This document shows, piece by piece, positions 1 to 8,408 of a stretch of 27,820 nt of DNA (within the stretch, counting starts at the first letter, position 1; the number at the start of each line of letters is the position of its first letter). Under the pieces are notes generated by a model. It was not told where the DNA came from. It saw only the letters and a program-made list of their open reading frames with translations, and ran no database searches. The DNA is taken from positions 1 through 27,820 of the forward strand of contig JAZGDW010000096.1 in NCBI GenBank assembly GCA_036478295.1. Direction: 5' to 3'. Position numbers and translations under genes: made by a program. The DNA comes from Candidatus Krumholzibacteriia bacterium (lineage in GTDB: Bacteria; Krumholzibacteriota; Krumholzibacteriia; WVZY01).

Positions 1-447
1 GTCACGCAGCCGTTCACCGAGATAGAGCGCGGTGGCGACAAAGGGATCGGGCCCGATGTTGAGGTCGCGGGCGAAGTCGCAGGCTTCGGCAATAAAGAGG
101 TGCCCGAAGCGCCTCGGGTCAAAAAAATGCAGCTCGTCACCGTTATCCAGGTAGAAGCGGCCGTGCAGGTGCTTGCGCTTGCCGCCGGTCTCGCCGGCGC
201 GCTGAACCCGCAGGTTGCCCGTCATCCCCAGGTTTATGACCATCAGCCCCGATGGGTCGAAGCGCACCAGCGCGTTCTTACCGATTCGCTCCACTGACCT
301 GATGACGCGTCCGGCGAGCCAGGGCACGCGGAGGCTCCCGCGCCGGTACAAGCTCTTGTGACGCAGGCGGGCGCGCACGATGCGGCGGCCGAGGAGCCTG
401 GGGCGAAGCCCCCGCACGATGGTTTCCAACTCCGGTAACTCGGGCAT
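1..447 (-). CDS. mutM: Formamidopyrimidine-DNA glycosylase (Fpg), 5' part; runs off the left edge
   Basis: Hand translation from ATG at 447: MPELPELETIVRGL...VERIGKN...INLGMTG...FFDPRRFG...IGPDPF. These match the Fpg PELPE N-terminus and the GK, LGMxG and DxRRFG motifs. Not in the ORF track because no stop codon lies in the window. Confidence 0.93.
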   Translation of the reverse strand, partial: MPELPELETIVRGLRPRLLGRRIVRARLRHKSLYRRGSLRVPWLAGRVIRSVERIGKNALVRFDPSGLMVINLGMTGNLRVQRAGETGGKRKHLHGRFYLDNGDELHFFDPRRFGHLFIAEACDFARDLNIGPDPFVATALYLGERLRD

Positions 448-515
448 CTCTCGTCTCTTTCCACTAGGTGAGCGGGGCGCCTTCGAAATCGTTTCCTCCT
501 CGGCACCCCATCCAT

Positions 516-559
516 TATACTGTCACACATATACTGTCACACAGGTCCAAACTCCAAAC
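516..559. repeat. Tandem duplications in the divergent mutM/rSAM promoter region: (TATACTGTCACACA)x2 and (TCCAAAC)x2
   Basis: Exact copies at 516-529/530-543 and at 546-552/553-559. Confidence 0.9.
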
Positions 560-575
560 ACAGCCGAGGGACGCC

Positions 576-2351
576 TTGTATACCAATGATCGCATCCGCA
601 GAATCATGCGCGACGAGATTCTTCTACGCGTGAAGACTCCGGGCCAGTACGTGGGCGGTGAGCGCAACGTCATCGTCAAGGACCACGCGGCGGTCGACCT
701 CAAGGTGGCCCTGGCCTTTCCGGATACGTACGCCATCGGCATGTCACACCTGGGCCTGCAGATCCTCTACCACATGTTGAACGGGCGTGAGGACACGGTG
801 GCCGAACGGGTTTTTGCACCGTGGATCGACATGGAAGCCCTGCTGCGCCGGCGTGACATCCCCCTCCACACCCTGGAGACCAGTACGCCGCTGTCGGATT
901 TCGACGTGGTCGGGTTCTCCATGCAGTACGAGCTGTGCTTTACGAACTTCATAAACATGCTCGAGCTCGGCGGCATACCGGTGTGGACGCGGGACCGGTC
1001 GATCGGAGATCCCGTGGTCCTTGGCGGCGGCTCGATCAGCCTGGCCATGGAACCCGTGGCTCCCTTCTTCGACGCTATCCTCGTCGGTGACGCCGAGGAC
1101 GTTCTTCACCCCACGATGGACTTGATAAAGGAATGGCGCCGGAGCGGCCGACCTCGACGCGCGCTGCACGAAGCTCTGTGCCGGATTCCCGGCATGTACG
1201 TGCCGTCGCTCTATCACGTATCGTACAACGAAGACGGCACCATTTGCGCCATCGAAAACATCCCGCCTGCGCCGCCGTACGTAGCCAAGACGACGATCCG
1301 CGATTTCGAGACCGTTCCGTACCCGACGAGTCCCGTCGTGCCCAACGTGTCGGTGATTCACGAGCGCATCAACGTCGAGATTATGCGGGGCTGCCCCAAC
1401 CAGTGCCGTTTCTGCCAGGCGGTCAAACACTATCGACCCCTCAAACGGCGCAGCACGGAGAGAATCATAGAGCTGTGCGAGGAGACATACCGCAACACCG
1501 GCTACGAAGAAATCTCGCTGACCAGTCTGTCGACGGCGGATTATCCCGGTATCGAAGAGCTTATTCCGGCGATTACCAGCCGCTTCGATTCGCGGCGGGT
1601 AAACATCTCGCTGCCGTCGTTGCGAGTCAAGGGTGCGTTGGAGAACTTGCCCGGCCTGGTCAGCACGGTCCGGAAATCCGGCCTGACGATGGCGCCGGAA
1701 GTCGCGACCGACCGCCTGCGAGAAATCATCCGCAAGCCGATCCTCAATCGGGACCTTTTGAGCGGGTCCGCCGCCGCCTGGCGGGCCGGATATCGCCTGA
1801 TCAAGTTCTACTTCATGATCGGAATACCCACGGAAACCAACGAAGATCTCAAGGGGATAATCGATCTGTGTGACGCCGCGAGTCTGCTGCGCAAAAGGCA
1901 GTTCGGCCGGCGGGGCCAGATTAACGTCGCGATGTCTTCCCACATCCCCAAACCCCACACCCCGTTCCAGTGGGAGGCGATGGATACCAAAGAAGAGCTT
2001 CTGGCCAAGCAGAAGTATATCCGCTCGTGCAACACGTCTTCGTATTTGAAGTTGAAGTTCCATAACACGGACGAGAGCTACCTCGAAGCGGTCTTCTCCC
2101 GCGGCGACCGGCGGCTGGCAAAAGTATTGATAAAGGGTCGAGAACGGGGGCTGCGGATGGACGCGTGGGCGGAGTGCTTCGACATCCACGCGTGGCGCGA
2201 GGTATTCGAAGAATCCGATGTCGATCCCGACTGGTATGCCCTGCGCAAGCGCGGCAACGACGAAATCCTGCCGTGGGCCCTCATCGCGGTGGGCACCCCC
2301 ACCGATTACCTCGTCAAGGAACAGCAGCGCGCCCGCGCCGCGATGGCGTAG
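576..2351 (+). CDS. TIGR03960-family radical SAM protein
   Basis: N-terminal PGQYVGGE and FPDTYAIGMSHLG motifs; CxxxCxxC in RGCPNQCRFCQA; APE, YFMIG, PKPHTPFQW and C-terminal LPW motifs. Start is TTG 576 (GAGGG 5 nt upstream) or ATG 606; the track start at 468 is unlikely. Confidence 0.88.
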   Translation: MYTNDRIRRIMRDEILLRVKTPGQYVGGERNVIVKDHAAVDLKVALAFPDTYAIGMSHLGLQILYHMLNGREDTVAERVFAPWIDMEALLRRRDIPLHTLETSTPLSDFDVVGFSMQYELCFTNFINMLELGGIPVWTRDRSIGDPVVLGGGSISLAMEPVAPFFDAILVGDAEDVLHPTMDLIKEWRRSGRPRRALHEALCRIPGMYVPSLYHVSYNEDGTICAIENIPPAPPYVAKTTIRDFETVPYPTSPVVPNVSVIHERINVEIMRGCPNQCRFCQAVKHYRPLKRRSTERIIELCEETYRNTGYEEISLTSLSTADYPGIEELIPAITSRFDSRRVNISLPSLRVKGALENLPGLVSTVRKSGLTMAPEVATDRLREIIRKPILNRDLLSGSAAAWRAGYRLIKFYFMIGIPTETNEDLKGIIDLCDAASLLRKRQFGRRGQINVAMSSHIPKPHTPFQWEAMDTKEELLAKQKYIRSCNTSSYLKLKFHNTDESYLEAVFSRGDRRLAKVLIKGRERGLRMDAWAECFDIHAWREVFEESDVDPDWYALRKRGNDEILPWALIAVGTPTDYLVKEQQRARAAMA

Positions 2352-2561
2352 GCCGCTCCCCACTTCCGTGATTGGCGCCGCGGGAAACGCTCGCCTCGGC
2401 CGCCTGCGATTCCACGAAGCCTACCACGTGGGTCAACTGGGTGTTCTCAGACGGGTCGTAGGCAAGGACGGGGCTATCAAATAGCCGGGCGGTGGGGGCG
2501 ATGTGCGATTGAGTATTCCGCCCTCCCTGCCGCCCGCTGCAGCTCGATCACGACTCTTCTG

Positions 2562-3434
2562 TCACAGCTTGATGACAGGGCTCTTGGCATCTGTGGCCTT
2601 ACTGGCACGCTGCAGATCCCGGATGGTTTCCCGCATCCCTCTTGTAAGTGCGGCCTGCTGGATACAAACCGCGATGTTTCCGGCGAACGCTTGCGCTGCA
2701 CGGAGGTCCTCGTCATCGTAGTAGACGTTCTGCGTCTGGCTGCTGATGTTGAGAACTCCGATCAGTTTTTTCCCGAGAACCACGGGGACGACAATGGCAG
2801 CCGAAACGGCGCGGGCCGCGTATTTGAGGCCGGGGTATTTGCGCTGGCCGGTCTTCCCCGACATCAGTATGGGTTTACGATTCTTGGCTACCCAGCCCGC
2901 GATTCCATCTCCGACGGCCTGGCGCTTGCCGATTATCTTGCGGTCGCCGTAGCCCTCGGCAGACAGGACCTCGAGAGACTGACCGTCGCTCCCCAGCATC
3001 ATGAGCGAGGCTTTCTGGCAGCCAAAAAGCTGTACGCACACTTTGGTTATGTGCTCGTATATCACGCTCGGAGCCGTGTTGGAGTCCATAAAATGGCTTA
3101 CGTTGAGAAGGTCGTAGAGTCGAGAGTAGCGGTGCTCGATGGCACTGGTATTTAGCTGCTGCATCCCGCGTCGCATGCTCATGATGTATCGCTGTTCCTT
3201 GGTCATGTAGACGAAAGCGACCAGCACCGCACCGGCGAACATAAGGAGAACTATGCGTTCGGCATCGGACGACGGCCAGTTCGCAAACCATAATGAGATC
3301 ACTAGCCCAACGGTGCTAATGCTGGCGATGCCGACGAGGAGAAACCAGTTCCTCCAAAAGCGGTTGGCCAAGCCACGGAGCATGGATTGCACGTCGGTGT
3401 CCGCTCTTCGCTCTTGTTTGCCGGTATCGGGCAT
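2562..3434 (-). CDS. Membrane-anchored GAF-domain protein (2 TM + GAF, no output domain)
   Basis: Two N-terminal hydrophobic helices, then GAF signatures ASLMM, GDGIAGWVAKNRKPIL, AIVVPVV..LIGVLNI, YDDEDL. Confidence 0.8.
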   Translation of the reverse strand: MPDTGKQERRADTDVQSMLRGLANRFWRNWFLLVGIASISTVGLVISLWFANWPSSDAERIVLLMFAGAVLVAFVYMTKEQRYIMSMRRGMQQLNTSAIEHRYSRLYDLLNVSHFMDSNTAPSVIYEHITKVCVQLFGCQKASLMMLGSDGQSLEVLSAEGYGDRKIIGKRQAVGDGIAGWVAKNRKPILMSGKTGQRKYPGLKYAARAVSAAIVVPVVLGKKLIGVLNISSQTQNVYYDDEDLRAAQAFAGNIAVCIQQAALTRGMRETIRDLQRASKATDAKSPVIKL

Positions 3435-3519
3435 ACTCCCGATCCTCTGCGATCCGTGGCGGGTGCAGGCCGTGGATCGCTGCTAAAGTGGGAAGATTTT
3501 ATCCAATGCTGACAGAGGG

Positions 3520-3535
3520 AGCATTTTTTGTACCA
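3520..3535 (-). promoter_or_regulatory. Candidate sigma54 -24/-12 promoter of the GAF gene
   Basis: Minus strand TGGTACAAAAAATGCT = GG-N10-GC, 85 nt upstream of ATG 3434. Confidence 0.5.
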
Positions 3536-3608
3536 TCGTCGGTTTGGGCGACCGAATCGGGGAGGAAACCGGCGGGAATCTGCCGGTGCGAGGCAGCACT
3601 GGGCAGAT

Positions 3609-3646
3609 AAAGAAAAACGGGGACGCTCAAAAAGCTTCCCCGTTTT
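3609..3646 (-). terminator. Rho-independent terminator after the DUF1579 gene
   Basis: Stem AAAACGGGGA...TCCCCGTTTT followed by a T-rich tract on the minus strand, about 27 nt after the stop at 3673. Confidence 0.75.
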
Positions 3647-3672
3647 CGTCGAGATGCGGTTGGAGCTGGAGA

Positions 3673-4290
3673 TTAGCTGCGAGTGTAAACGACCTCCATG
3701 TGCTTGAACTCTTTGCCGTCCTCACCAACCAGGTACATTTCCATGGTGTGTTTGTTTTCATCAACGATGTTGGTGAGCATCCTGAACTTCCTCTCATGTC
3801 CGGGAGGTCCCGTAAAACTCCCGTGGTGTGTTTCCATCTTACAATGGTTCTCACACTCACCTTCCGTGTACATCATCTGGGTGCCCTGGTTGTCCATCCA
3901 TACGCTGGTGTGCTTCTTGGTGGCTTTGTCGTAGCCAACCATGCCCATTCCTTCGAACGGCATGCCCATCATCTCTCCAGTCATGTGCTGCACGACGAAG
4001 CGCCCGCCAAGGACCATCTCGCATTTGGCCTTACCCTGGGAACTCATACCCTCGGTCCCGGGCTCCTCCCACATCGTGACCTTGGTGTCCCACTCGCCCA
4101 CGAGATGCTTGAGCTGTTTGTGGTGGCTTCCCGGTGAGATGGCCTCCTGCCACGCGGCCATTTGCTCCTTGCTATACTCGTGCCCCGCTTCTTTTTTGCC
4201 CTTTTCCTTGCCGGCAAGAGAAACGTTCACGGTCAAACCGGCGACGATGAACACGGCCGCCACTACCGAAAACAAACGGAATGATTTCAT
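3673..4290 (-). CDS. Exported DUF1579-family protein
   Basis: ATG 4290 with AAGGAG RBS; signal peptide MKSFRLFSVVAAV...SLA; motifs PG.HH..L..LVGEW, LGGRFV, PFEG.G..GYD, S.WMDN.GT. Confidence 0.8.
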   Translation of the reverse strand: MKSFRLFSVVAAVFIVAGLTVNVSLAGKEKGKKEAGHEYSKEQMAAWQEAISPGSHHKQLKHLVGEWDTKVTMWEEPGTEGMSSQGKAKCEMVLGGRFVVQHMTGEMMGMPFEGMGMVGYDKATKKHTSVWMDNQGTQMMYTEGECENHCKMETHHGSFTGPPGHERKFRMLTNIVDENKHTMEMYLVGEDGKEFKHMEVVYTRS

Positions 4291-4717
4291 TCGTTCCACT
4301 CCTTTCCCCCCAACTGGGGGTCGCGTATCGCGCACCGGAATCCCTGTTGCGTGCTCGCAATCAATACGATTCGCTCTCGTTACAGTCGGATTAAGAACAG
4401 GATAAAACAGCGGTCGGCAGTCGGGTAACGATCGCGCACGGTCCCTGGGAAACTAGCACGTCTATCTCCATCACGCAACCCCAAAGGGGAGACGGCCCAC
4501 GACCCGCCGGGGCGGGCAACGGTGCCACACGACCGGCCATGGCGTCTTGTTCAAGGTATTATTTTGGACATCCTTAGGACATAATCAGGGTGGCGTTTGA
4601 GCGGGCATCCGGTATAGAATTCGCAGGATACCGCCCCGTCGTCGCCCACCAAGGGCGCGGACAGCAGCGGAAATTCAGGCCAGGCGGTTGACGCCACCGA
4701 GAGGACTCTCGACGAGA

Positions 4718-5530
4718 ATGATTTTCTTGAAATCACGCAACGGGCCCGGGGACGAAGGTCGTCGGCTGCCCAGGAACAGCGAGGTTGTCCCGGCCGGTGC
4801 GAGCCGTAGGCGGGCTATACTCGACGACAGGGGCAATGTGATGGTTATTCTGACCATCTTGAGCGTGGTCCTGTCCGCCGCCGTGGGGTCCAGGTGGTTC
4901 TCGCCGATCCTGCAGGTCGCGGCGGTCTTCCCGTTTTTCAGCGCGGCGATGAGACGCCACAAGCACCACGAGTCGCTCGCGCTGGCCGCCCGCTGGGGCG
5001 CGGCCCTCTTCGTGACCACGATCGTGGTCGGGGTATTTGTACCGGGACGCATCGGGGCCAGCGTTCCCTTCGCCCAGCTGACGACGGCGGCCCTTGCGAA
5101 CTGGATTCGGTTTCCCGACGCGCCCCCACCTGCCGACTACGGGTATCTGTTGTGGGGCCTCGTGGGGTTTCTCCTCGCCACGCTGGTCAGCGGCGGTCTG
5201 CTTGGCTTCGTTCTGGCTTCCGTTGCGTTGGGCAACGCGGCCCTTGGCGCCCTCTTCCTCTTGCGGTACAGCGAGAATGTCATCCAGATTACCATGGTCG
5301 CCGTTCCCCTCTGGCACTGGGGTATCATTGCAGCGGCCATCTTGATGCTGGTACCCGCCTCCCTCCCGTTTTTTCAAAGATACGTGCGAATCGAACGCGT
5401 CGTGGAGGGCCGCACCGTTTTAAGAGGTTTCTTGTACATGGGCGGCGCAATGGTGGTCGCCAGCCTGCTGCTTCGTGCCGTCACCGCAGGCCCGTGGAGG
5501 AACATACTCCGGGAATGGACAATTTTCTAG
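4718..5530 (+). CDS. Hypothetical polytopic membrane protein (~7 TM)
   Basis: Many hydrophobic helices. Start uncertain (4718 ATG, or 4838/4841). No family recognised. Confidence 0.65.
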   Translation: MIFLKSRNGPGDEGRRLPRNSEVVPAGASRRRAILDDRGNVMVILTILSVVLSAAVGSRWFSPILQVAAVFPFFSAAMRRHKHHESLALAARWGAALFVTTIVVGVFVPGRIGASVPFAQLTTAALANWIRFPDAPPPADYGYLLWGLVGFLLATLVSGGLLGFVLASVALGNAALGALFLLRYSENVIQITMVAVPLWHWGIIAAAILMLVPASLPFFQRYVRIERVVEGRTVLRGFLYMGGAMVVASLLLRAVTAGPWRNILREWTIF

Positions 5531-5799
5531 CGCCCTTCCCCCGGGTCCCCGGTCCGTGGGGCGATCATATCACGGGAAATCGCCTGTCGCCCCCGCCATA
5601 CGGCAGTTCCATATGTTGGGATGCCTGTCCGGCGGCTACTACATATTGCGTGTCATTGCCGACCGTACATGTTGCATTACCCGTCTAAGCCTTTACAAAC
5701 TAATTCGTTGAGCACCGAGCCGGGTACGGCGCGGCAATTGTCCTGATTCTTGCTAGTGTGACAGGAAAACCACTCTCCCGTCGTGCCAGGAGCGGAGCG

Positions 5800-7377
5800 A
5801 TGCTGTATCTGAGAATTGTGCGCAACCCCAACCGGCAGGAGTCGATGTCGGTCCCCGACAAGGACCTCCCTTTTACCGTCGGACGGGACAAGGAGAACAA
5901 GCTCCACATCAAGAGCACGGCGGTATCCCGATTCCATGCCGTCCTCTTCTGTGAGAAAGGGGAGTACTTCGTCCAGGACATGGACAGCACCAACGGCACC
6001 TTCCTCAACGGCAAGAAGATCAAGAGATCCAAAGTGAACCCGGGTGACCGGGTCACCGTCGCTAATGTGGACATCGTGATCGACGCGGCGCCGTCACCCC
6101 TGCATGGATTCAAACTGCCACTGGACCTGACAGTGTCCATCGACGATCCCATTTCCAGCGACGCAACCATCATCGTCAAGAATCCGAGCCAGCAACTCAT
6201 CATCGCAGAGCCGGAGACCAAAGTCTCCAAGGATCGCCGGGCGGAGAACCGCAGACAACGTGACAAGCGACTGTCGAAATCGTACAAGGCTCTGCAGGTC
6301 CTCTACCGGGCGGACCAGGTGCTGCGGGACATCGATGATTTCAAACAACTGCTCGAGAATTTTATGGACCTCATTACGACCGTGATCCCCGCCACCCGCG
6401 GATACATCTTTTTGCTCAACACCGACGACGGGCTGCCCGTGCCATACGTGCGCCGGGCTCCGGGGTCGGCGACCTCCGACACCGAGATCGTCGTGAGCAA
6501 GACGATCCTGAAGACGGCCGTCGAGAGGAAAGAATCACTGATCTCGAAGGATGCGCTGGTCGACGAACGGTTTATTCACTCGAAGAGCGTCGCCAACTAC
6601 AAGGTCCGGAGCGCCATCTGCGCGCCTCTCATGAATCGGGGAAAGGTCCTGGGCATCATCTATCTGGACTCCACGGACAAATCAAACCTGTACACCAGGG
6701 ATGACCTGTCGTTGCTCTCCGCCATGGCGCTGAAAGCCGGTGTCGCCCTCGACAACGCGCGGCTCTACGATGACATGCGGAACCTGTTCTTCAACACCGT
6801 TGAAACGCTGGTACGGGCGATCCAGGCGCGCGACCAGTACACGAGCGGTCACTCGGCGCGGGTCACTCGATTCTGCCTGCTGATCGCAGAGAAACTCGAT
6901 CTCGACACCAAGGCAAAACAGCAACTCTACCTGACGTCGATGCTGCACGATATAGGCAAGATCGGCATTCCTGACGACCTGCTCAACCGGCCGGGAAAAC
7001 TGAGCGGGGAAGAAATTGCGACCATCAGGGAACATGTGAAGGTCGGCTCGAGCATGCTGAAGGCCATCGGCGAGATGCAGCCCATCGTTCCGCTCATCCT
7101 GCATCATCACGAGGCATATGATGGAACGGGCTACCCGGACGGGCTAAAGGGTGACAAAATCCCGCTCATCTGTCGAATTGTCGCCGTTGCGGATACCTGG
7201 GACGCGATGACGACGGATCGTCCCTATCGCAAGGCCAGATCCCACGAAGACGCGGTGGCGGAACTGAAGCGCTGCGCAGGCAAGAACTTCGACCCCAAAG
7301 TCGTGAAAATTTTTCTGGGGATCCTCAAGGGACAATCCACTGCCGTTCTGGACCAGGTTCCCCAGCCCGTTACCTGA
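5800..7377 (+). CDS. FHA-GAF-HD-GYP protein (probable cyclic-dinucleotide phosphodiesterase)
   Basis: ATG 5800 after AGGAG/GGAG. FHA: VGR, VSRFHA, DSTNGT. GAF: SAICAPL..VLGIIYLDS. HD-GYP: YTSGHSARV, LHDIGKIG, HHHEAYDGTGYP, ADTWDAMTTDRPYR. Confidence 0.92.
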   Translation: MLYLRIVRNPNRQESMSVPDKDLPFTVGRDKENKLHIKSTAVSRFHAVLFCEKGEYFVQDMDSTNGTFLNGKKIKRSKVNPGDRVTVANVDIVIDAAPSPLHGFKLPLDLTVSIDDPISSDATIIVKNPSQQLIIAEPETKVSKDRRAENRRQRDKRLSKSYKALQVLYRADQVLRDIDDFKQLLENFMDLITTVIPATRGYIFLLNTDDGLPVPYVRRAPGSATSDTEIVVSKTILKTAVERKESLISKDALVDERFIHSKSVANYKVRSAICAPLMNRGKVLGIIYLDSTDKSNLYTRDDLSLLSAMALKAGVALDNARLYDDMRNLFFNTVETLVRAIQARDQYTSGHSARVTRFCLLIAEKLDLDTKAKQQLYLTSMLHDIGKIGIPDDLLNRPGKLSGEEIATIREHVKVGSSMLKAIGEMQPIVPLILHHHEAYDGTGYPDGLKGDKIPLICRIVAVADTWDAMTTDRPYRKARSHEDAVAELKRCAGKNFDPKVVKIFLGILKGQSTAVLDQVPQPVT

Positions 7378-8248
7378 GTTCGATTTCCGCTATCTGTACC
7401 GCTTGTGCGCCCCCGTAGGTGGAGGTGAATTCAAGGCGAATCTCCTTCGCGCCTACGATGGACCGATCCAACTGGATCATCTGCACGGCAGCTTCGGCCC
7501 GCAGATCGAACTGCTGGATCGGATTGCCGTCGGCGATGAGGTTGCACGCCTTGGGTTGCCCATCCTCGAGTGTCCTGACGGTCAGAATCCCTTCGCTGAT
7601 GCCGAACGGCGAGGTGAGTACCAGGAACGCCTTACCCTCCGCGTCCAGAGACGACCGCCACGCGGTGACGGTATCCCCATCGAACGCTTTCCACAGGGCG
7701 GCGCTCTCCTCCACCGGCGGCGAAGAAACGCCGTTCATCGCGATCCAGTCGGCGCGCTCACCCGCAGTCAGACTGAACGACTCCTCTTGAATGAAAAATA
7801 GCACCCGGTCACCGGCAACTACCCTCATATCCCACAAGCCGTCGTCGTTGAGTTCTGCGGCGACCACGCTATCGGGAACCATATCGTCGAAGTACCAGTG
7901 CCAGCTGCTCGTGATACTCTTGCCTCTCTTGGTGAGATAAATGATTCCGCCGGGTGGTTTCCCGTTCGTTCTCGAATAGACCAGTATGCGGGCTTTCGTT
8001 CCCACCCGCTGGGCAGGGAATTCCTGATAGAGCTTCTTCTTGAAGCCGGCGCGCTCGATCATCTCATTGACCATCACAATTTCTTCCTCGAGCGTCATGG
8101 CACCGGCTGCCATCCGCGCGAGGTCCGACAGGCTCGTTGTTCCGCCGCCCCTGGATTGCTTTTCCTCGGACTTGCCACAGGATCCCGACAAACCGACTAC
8201 AAGGATCCACACAACGGCCAGGAGCCACGTCCTTTTTTCGAACTTCAT
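7370..8248 (-). CDS. Lipoprotein with an acidic DxNxDG-like loop and a C-terminal discoidin (F5/8C)-like domain
   Basis: ATG 8248; signal peptide ending LSGSC; ELNDDGLWD; AFDGDTVTAWRS ... VQIAEIEL, typical of F5/8 type C folds. 3' end overlaps the HD-GYP gene by 8 nt. Confidence 0.65.
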   Translation of the reverse strand: MKFEKRTWLLAVVWILVVGLSGSCGKSEEKQSRGGGTTSLSDLARMAAGAMTLEEEIVMVNEMIERAGFKKKLYQEFPAQRVGTKARILVYSRTNGKPPGGIIYLTKRGKSITSSWHWYFDDMVPDSVVAAELNDDGLWDMRVVAGDRVLFFIQEESFSLTAGERADWIAMNGVSSPPVEESAALWKAFDGDTVTAWRSSLDAEGKAFLVLTSPFGISEGILTVRTLEDGQPKACNLIADGNPIQQFDLRAEAAVQMIQLDRSIVGAKEIRLEFTSTYGGAQAVQIAEIELR

Positions 8249-8285
8249 GTTACCTTCCCTTTTGTGAGAAAAAATGAACCGGAGA

Positions 8286-8314
8286 ATTATGCGTGAAACG
8301 GCGCCGGTTGTCAA
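8286..8314 (-). promoter_or_regulatory. Sigma70-type promoter of the 7370-8248 lipoprotein gene
   Basis: Minus strand TTGACA-N17-CATAAT, 38 nt upstream of the ATG. Confidence 0.7.
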
Positions 8315-8365
8315 GGCGCAACTTCTTATACTGCTGGGGATTGGAGAAGTTTCAAGAATGCGCGG

Positions 8366-8400
8366 AAAAATCCCCGTGGGCCTCCTAGGGCCCACGGGGA
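8366..8400 (-). terminator. Rho-independent terminator ending the kinase operon
   Basis: Perfect 12-bp stem TCCCCGTGGGCC/GGCCCACGGGGA followed by TTTTT on the minus strand, 8 nt after the stop at 8409. Confidence 0.85.
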
Positions 8401-8408
8401 AGCGGTCT

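Noticed and set aside
744..2363. 539-aa antisense ORF
   Set aside because: Shadow of the radical SAM gene; long stop-free reverse frames are expected in high-GC coding DNA, and it has no motifs.
4440..4550. Small hairpins (CCCCAAAGGGG, CCCGCCGGGGCGGG) as a riboswitch
   Set aside because: Short GC stems are expected by chance at this GC content, and no known aptamer consensus was recognised.
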